Source: a virus. From it: a stretch of 64,000 bases of DNA. The position numbers and the translations under genes are program-made. Location: positions 109,363 to 173,362 of the IMG/VR virus record IMGVR_UViG_3300028920_000029. The stretch is one strand, 5' to 3'. This document shows positions 58,651 through 64,000 of this stretch, in pieces. The notes under the pieces are model-generated. The model saw only the letters and a program-made list of their open reading frames with translations. It ran no database searches and had not been told where the DNA came from. Positions within the stretch are counted from its first letter, which is position 1. Every line of letters starts with the position of its first letter.

Positions 58651-61048
58651 CAGCGTCTCCTCTCGGCGAATTTGGGTTCCAGAATGATGTTACGCCATTC
58701 TTAAACTTATTGTCGTCTAGTGAATATATGGATGTTATAGAAAAATCTTTTATCAACTCAACTGTTGCGGACATAGCGTGACGGTTGATAACCCTAAATT
58801 TTATTGTTGACAAATCGGATACGCCATCATCTTCTTCGTCCTTTATAATCGATAATAGAATATCTAACGTTTGAAACCAGGTATCGGACCTAGCAAGGTC
58901 ATCACCAGGGTTCATATCGTTTTTCTTCTTAGCCTTGTTACTGTGTATTCCACTACGCTTTAACTGGACCGCAGTTAACATAACCTTACCCATTTCTCTA
59001 CCTATTCCTCGTAGGTCTTCGGCTATACTTCCTTGGTCTATCCAATCGGAACCAGCAAATTGATTTGGTCGCATCATAGTAGCGTGGTCTATAGCTATAA
59101 CATCGTATGTTATTCCAGTCTGTGCCTCTATCTCCTGTATCTTATGTTTTATATAGTCTGGATTAACGCTGCTTAATGTGTCCACTATAGTTAGCTTACC
59201 CATATCTTCTTTTAAGCGCTTTTGAAACTTATTTACTGCTAGCATCTCTATATCATTTAGCGTTCTGTCCTCAAACTTATAGTATTGGATACCAGTCATA
59301 CAGCTAAAAAATAAATTTACGTACTGATCCTTCGGCATTTCCAACGTAAAGGCAAGCACGTTAACCTTATCCTTAACCATATTTGAGACTAAGTTAACCA
59401 TAGAACGAGTATTGTGCACTACTGTAAAGTCTGCAAGTAGGAACAAGCTATTTTTATCTACAGCAAACCCATAATATTCTCCAGTTCCTACCTCCTCAAT
59501 TTTAAATCCAGTCTTTAGTGCGTCACGACAACGTACAGATTTGGCCTCCGCCTTTTTTCGGGATATTATAGTAGGTATCCTACTGACTTCCCCACCTATA
59601 CGTATTCTCCAATACTTGCCACTAAACCCGATAGATTTTATAGTTTTAGTTACTTTTTTAGCAGTAACACCAAATCCCAAAGACCTTCCAAGAAATACTA
59701 TATCATCCTTTAACGCGCGATACTTTGTAACAATCTCGTAAGTTTTACTGTCATAGTATCCGTCAGAGTCGAGTAACCCAGCCAAAACTTCAAGCCTAAC
59801 TTTTTCGTCATTAATTTTGTACGTATGCGGTATATGTTTATTATGTAATAAGTTAAATTTTCTTAACTCATCTAGTATATAGTTGTTCCCCCTGGAATAT
59901 GTATCATGAAAAGCTAAGTAATAGCACGGACATTTTCCACTCTTCGACTTTTGCTCGGTAAGTTTTCCATTAAATTTACTCATTAGTTTCGTTAAGTACG
60001 TGACTATCTCAGAATCCTTAGTAGTTATTTCCGCAGCCTTACTAGACCCATCTCCCAACCATAACCCCAGTAAATACGGAGGTAAGTACTTAGGCACCCT
60101 AGAAGATTTAAACTGCACACCAGATCTATATAGTTTGTACTTACGTAAATTTTCCTTTTTGGCGCGGTGTAGATACTCCCTTACAGATATGTTTAGAATT
60201 TTAGGAAGACCCCTATCTAACCTTTGACCGCTTTTCTTAAGAGACAATATGTGAGATTCATTCACAACAAACGGTTCTCCTTTATTCGGTATTATCTTGT
60301 ACATTTTCTCCTTACCACTTGTTGTTCCTTCCACACGTCTTGGAGTACTGTCGTCTCCCATAACTAGTTCCCCGTTTTTTATATCTTCAACTTTCTTTAC
60401 TAAACCATCATACATCAAAACCTCAGTTCCTTTCGCAAAGCATTTTCCTGTTTTGGGCCTAGCAGCTACCACAACCAAATATCCTGGTTTGAACCCGTGA
60501 ATAACAGTGTCAAACTCTTTATACCCAGTACGTATCTTCCTCTCGTTTTTAGGTTGATTTAATGTAGATGTTATGTCCGATGCGTCGTCATTAAGATTAA
60601 CTACCAATCCTCTGTTATCCCCAAGTTGCGATACCTGCTTGTTAACTTTATTTAACTCTTTCTCCGCTGCAGCTATGTTTCCATCGTTTAAGGTCATCAC
60701 TATATTCTGAACCGACTTGCTCATAACAAATTTCTTTTTATGACTAGTTAATGTACTTATTACCCATTCACAGGAAATGTCAACTATCTCATCTGATGTC
60801 ATACTGATATAGTCTTCATATATATCCTTATTAAGTCCAATATCCTCTAAAGACTTTCTCAATTCTATAGGACTTATTGCCTGTCTATAGCTCTTATAGT
60901 GATTAAGTATTTCTCTGACTATACTTTTACTAATTGAATTATTAAAATACGAACTATCAATACCTTCGGTTATAAACTCCAGCGTAGCCTCAGGATTGAG
61001 TAGTAGGTAATTTATTGCTAGTTTTTCTATGTCTACCATTTGCGTCAC
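58634..61048 (-). CDS. dnaB: DnaB-like replicative helicase with intein
   Basis: ARPKTGK|T Walker A split by intein; FTLEM, IAIDH, TAVQ. Confidence 0.88.
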   Translation of the reverse strand: MTQMVDIEKLAINYLLLNPEATLEFITEGIDSSYFNNSISKSIVREILNHYKSYRQAISPIELRKSLEDIGLNKDIYEDYISMTSDEIVDISCEWVISTLTSHKKKFVMSKSVQNIVMTLNDGNIAAAEKELNKVNKQVSQLGDNRGLVVNLNDDASDITSTLNQPKNERKIRTGYKEFDTVIHGFKPGYLVVVAARPKTGKCFAKGTEVLMYDGLVKKVEDIKNGELVMGDDSTPRRVEGTTSGKEKMYKIIPNKGEPFVVNESHILSLKKSGQRLDRGLPKILNISVREYLHRAKKENLRKYKLYRSGVQFKSSRVPKYLPPYLLGLWLGDGSSKAAEITTKDSEIVTYLTKLMSKFNGKLTEQKSKSGKCPCYYLAFHDTYSRGNNYILDELRKFNLLHNKHIPHTYKINDEKVRLEVLAGLLDSDGYYDSKTYEIVTKYRALKDDIVFLGRSLGFGVTAKKVTKTIKSIGFSGKYWRIRIGGEVSRIPTIISRKKAEAKSVRCRDALKTGFKIEEVGTGEYYGFAVDKNSLFLLADFTVVHNTRSMVNLVSNMVKDKVNVLAFTLEMPKDQYVNLFFSCMTGIQYYKFEDRTLNDIEMLAVNKFQKRLKEDMGKLTIVDTLSSVNPDYIKHKIQEIEAQTGITYDVIAIDHATMMRPNQFAGSDWIDQGSIAEDLRGIGREMGKVMLTAVQLKRSGIHSNKAKKKNDMNPGDDLARSDTWFQTLDILLSIIKDEEDDGVSDLSTIKFRVINRHAMSATVELIKDFSITSIYSLDDNKFKNGVTSFWNPNSPRGDADEDKN
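59411..60442 (-). mobile_element. intein with LAGLIDADG homing endonuclease (344 aa)
   Basis: CFAKGT...VVHN|T; LGLWLGDG and LAGLLDSDG. Confidence 0.93.
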
Positions 61049-61713
61049 CTTAACCTATAGTTTAAACCTCTTACTTCCGTAATTGAATCTGTTCCAAATA
61101 AATCCCTACAAACTGGTAGCCTATTAGCTACCACGTCATACTCATCTGAAAATATTAAGATACTAGGTTTTTGATTGCTATACCTGTTTTTTATTATTCG
61201 TTCCAGCGTTTCGTTAGGATACTTTGAATCCGTTCTCATCGAGTCCTTCCCGATATCATCGATAACTAGTAAATCTACCTTACGTAGTGCGTCAATGATA
61301 TTTGGCTCTTCTGGTGATGGATTTAGCCGCTTATCTAAAAGTGTTGTCCACATAATGTATTTGCACGATTTACCTTTTCGTAGCATTTCTTTTAATATTA
61401 GTATTGCGCCCAATGACTTTCCTGTCCCGCTATCTCCATAAATGGCCCATAATGAACTGGAGTTAATAACTAAGTCGATATTTTCTACGGCTCGACTAAC
61501 GCGCTCAACAAACTGTTTATGTTTAACAGATACTTGGGGATATAAATGTTCTAACTCTTTTTCGAAGTATTCTTTTGGAACTCCTACGGAGGCTAGGGTC
61601 TTTTCCCACATAGACTTTTTTAGGTTAACGCCTTTATCGCAGTCACAGAACCCAGCCCACTCTCGTCCATCTGTTAATATATATCCTCGGTCAGAGCATT
61701 TATCACACGACAT
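61045..61713 (-). CDS. DnaC/IstB-like helicase loader
   Basis: CDKC..CDC, GDSGTGKS, LLVIDDIG. Confidence 0.85.
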   Translation of the reverse strand: MSCDKCSDRGYILTDGREWAGFCDCDKGVNLKKSMWEKTLASVGVPKEYFEKELEHLYPQVSVKHKQFVERVSRAVENIDLVINSSSLWAIYGDSGTGKSLGAILILKEMLRKGKSCKYIMWTTLLDKRLNPSPEEPNIIDALRKVDLLVIDDIGKDSMRTDSKYPNETLERIIKNRYSNQKPSILIFSDEYDVVANRLPVCRDLFGTDSITEVRGLNYRLR

Positions 61714-62278
61714 TATTCTCTCCTATAAGTTTTGCTTGTTTACGCTTAAGCGGTATTATACGTAACAGGGCATCCTTAATAGATATATCAGTCTTAATTT
61801 TTCTTGCCTTATTAAATAATACCGAAAGGTCTGAAGGGTTAAACTTTGATGCGCATGCTATAATTAATGCCTTACCGTCTGCTTTTAGATTCGCATACGG
61901 CCTAGCCTTTATATCTAAAGGACTTTTCCATAATAAATATCTTTGTATGAGCGATAATTGTGGGTAAGATAACCCGTTTGAGTATACTCCATTACCAGGA
62001 TGTAACGACACTATTATTACAATATGCCCAGAATGCTCCAACAATTTGAATTCATAAGTTCTGGTAGGAAGTATAACAATACTAACATCGTTTTCTAGCG
62101 GTTTAATATCTTCTATGGATAGGTATCTAAAATTTTTACATGTAAGTGTGTACCGTTTACTATCCTCGCTAAGGTCACTAAGAAAGGTAGCAAGCATTTT
62201 CTTTACCCAGTACCGAGTATAAACCCTGTCATCTTGGTTAACAATATATACTCCTATGGATGGGTTTATTGAATGCAT
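61703..62278 (-). CDS. hypothetical protein
   Basis: 191-aa ORF. Confidence 0.6.
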   Translation of the reverse strand: MHSINPSIGVYIVNQDDRVYTRYWVKKMLATFLSDLSEDSKRYTLTCKNFRYLSIEDIKPLENDVSIVILPTRTYEFKLLEHSGHIVIIVSLHPGNGVYSNGLSYPQLSLIQRYLLWKSPLDIKARPYANLKADGKALIIACASKFNPSDLSVLFNKARKIKTDISIKDALLRIIPLKRKQAKLIGENNVV

Positions 62279-62871
62279 ATCTTCACCTTATTATCCTCCA
62301 CCTCTATCGTCTTAAAATACTCTCGAAGGAGATCTTTTAGTGCTTCTGCGTACGCCGTAATAATAGTAATTTCTATTCTCCCAAGGTTTATTAAGTCGCA
62401 CTTTTCTGTAAAAAACGATGAATGCTTATCGTATATTATTCCGAAAAGTTCCCACATAGTTGAGTAGTTCTTATTAAGGTCTAGTACGTTTCTGTTTCCC
62501 TTACGAGTTGTTTGAATATAAAACCCATCATAAAACTTATATGTATAGTTAAACTTCTCAAACGCTTTAAGGAACCCATTTGGGTAATACTCCTTCTCTA
62601 CTCCTTTTTGTATTGTGGCTCGACGATAAAGAAGTTTGTTCTCCTTACACCCAATATTTATGTTACCAGTATAGGCAAGCTTCTTTGCAATGTCAAGTTT
62701 TAATTTCCTACTTTTTTCGTATCCTATAATGTGGTTATATATGCGTAAGTCTAGAAAGAAGGCGGACCTATCAAACTCAGACAGTTTAGGTACAAACTGC
62801 TCCACAATACCTTTTATTAGTAAGGGCTTTTTACTGCCCACAAATGCCGCTAAAATCTCTGAGTAATTCAC
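62266..62871 (-). CDS. hypothetical protein
   Basis: 201-aa ORF. Confidence 0.6.
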   Translation of the reverse strand: MNYSEILAAFVGSKKPLLIKGIVEQFVPKLSEFDRSAFFLDLRIYNHIIGYEKSRKLKLDIAKKLAYTGNINIGCKENKLLYRRATIQKGVEKEYYPNGFLKAFEKFNYTYKFYDGFYIQTTRKGNRNVLDLNKNYSTMWELFGIIYDKHSSFFTEKCDLINLGRIEITIITAYAEALKDLLREYFKTIEVEDNKVKICIQ

Positions 62872-63995
62872 TATACCACCTTAATTGTTTTTCCTAACTT
62901 AGCAAGGCTGACGTTATACTTTGGTAAGACCTTACCCTGCTCCTTTTCTTTTCTTTCAATCTTCTTAATAATCTTTTCCTCGATAGTTCCTAGTGTCACA
63001 ATATTATATACAAAGTATTCTGAAGCTGGGTTCTTTTTACCTCTATCAATCCTACCTATGCGCTGCTTCATATCGGAGGCGTTCCACGGAAGATCAAAGT
63101 TGATTACGGTGTCAGAACTCCACAAATCGTGAGCTCTAGATAAACTGTCGGTACCTAATAGAATCTCTACGTCTCCTTCAGTAAACTCAAACACATGCTT
63201 CTTAACACTACCACACCGCTTATAATCTTTACAGGTATAACAATCCTGTATATCGGCGTACTTACATGTCTTTTTAGTTTCTCCAGTAACCACCTTAACA
63301 TTATACTCTTTTCCAAGCTCAGCTTCAAGTAATTTGACCACCTGCTTAAAATAACTAAAGACCACTACTTTCTTTCCGCCCTCCTTTACAAACTTATGTA
63401 GTAGTTCTTTTAATTTACCTACCTTAAATGTTGTTTGTGCCAGTTCGTAATCATCGTATTCTTCTAACACTTTAACGGTGTTACATATCTGCCGCAGTAT
63501 TGTTTGGCACTCGAACGGACTTTTATCGCCGTTCTTTATTGCCAACATAATCTCGTCCAGCTTTTCTTTTTGTGCCGCAGTTAATGGTACGGGATACGTA
63601 GAGATGTGTATAGGCTTAGCCATATCGTATTCTTCTTTAATTAACTGCACCATCCACGGGTACACTTTCTTATTCATAGTTTCTTCCATACCCTTCTTTA
63701 ATCCTTTAGGCTTATCAAAGAAATCTAACTCAAGAAAGTGTTCAGTAAAGTTTTTCTTAGTACTAAACACGTGCGGATTTATTATTTTAAATACCCCATA
63801 CAAGTCGTAGTAAGTATTTGTTATCGGGGTGGCGCTTAAACCTATAGTATAATCCGATGATAGTTGTTGTATTGCATCTGACGCCTTAGATGAAACGTTC
63901 TTTATCTTTGTTATCTCATCCATAATAATAACGTCCCATGTTTTTGGTAGGTTTTCTATTTCTATCCTAACAGTATCGTACGACATTATCCACAA
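62871..63995 (-). CDS. SNF2-family helicase (5' part beyond window)
   Basis: IIMDE..KIKN, LSATP, VVFS, QRIGRIDR. Confidence 0.88.
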   Translation of the reverse strand: MWIMSYDTVRIEIENLPKTWDVIIMDEITKIKNVSSKASDAIQQLSSDYTIGLSATPITNTYYDLYGVFKIINPHVFSTKKNFTEHFLELDFFDKPKGLKKGMEETMNKKVYPWMVQLIKEEYDMAKPIHISTYPVPLTAAQKEKLDEIMLAIKNGDKSPFECQTILRQICNTVKVLEEYDDYELAQTTFKVGKLKELLHKFVKEGGKKVVVFSYFKQVVKLLEAELGKEYNVKVVTGETKKTCKYADIQDCYTCKDYKRCGSVKKHVFEFTEGDVEILLGTDSLSRAHDLWSSDTVINFDLPWNASDMKQRIGRIDRGKKNPASEYFVYNIVTLGTIEEKIIKKIERKEKEQGKVLPKYNVSLAKLGKTIKVV

Positions 63996-64000
63996 CCAAT

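Overview
A 64-kb segment of a large dsDNA bacteriophage genome. It uses the standard code, essentially all genes are on the minus strand, and it has strong AGGAGG RBSs and sigma70/SigA-type TTGAC-N16/18-TATACT promoters. In transcription order (right to left) it contains: replication and nucleotide genes (SNF2 helicase, DnaC-like loader, intein-containing DnaB, NrdD/NrdG); ClpP-like, GroES/GroEL and patatin genes; SbcCD and a Cas4-like nuclease; a ~14-kb glycosylation island (NeuAB, Gmd, His-type PLP dehydratase, ~7 glycosyltransferases); a 29-tRNA array covering all 20 amino acids, which also holds an RNase P RNA, two HNH endonucleases and a split tRNA; a hyperplastic region of small paralogous genes and cassettes; an 8-bp-register tandem repeat array; and a block with a MoxR AAA/VWA pair. 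The most notable element is the tRNA-array leader: a 50-codon peptide containing all 20 amino acids (37 distinct codons) overlapping a terminator/antiterminator set. It looks like a ribosome-stalling attenuator that would switch on phage tRNAs when any host tRNA becomes limiting. All calls were made by eye; no searches were run.
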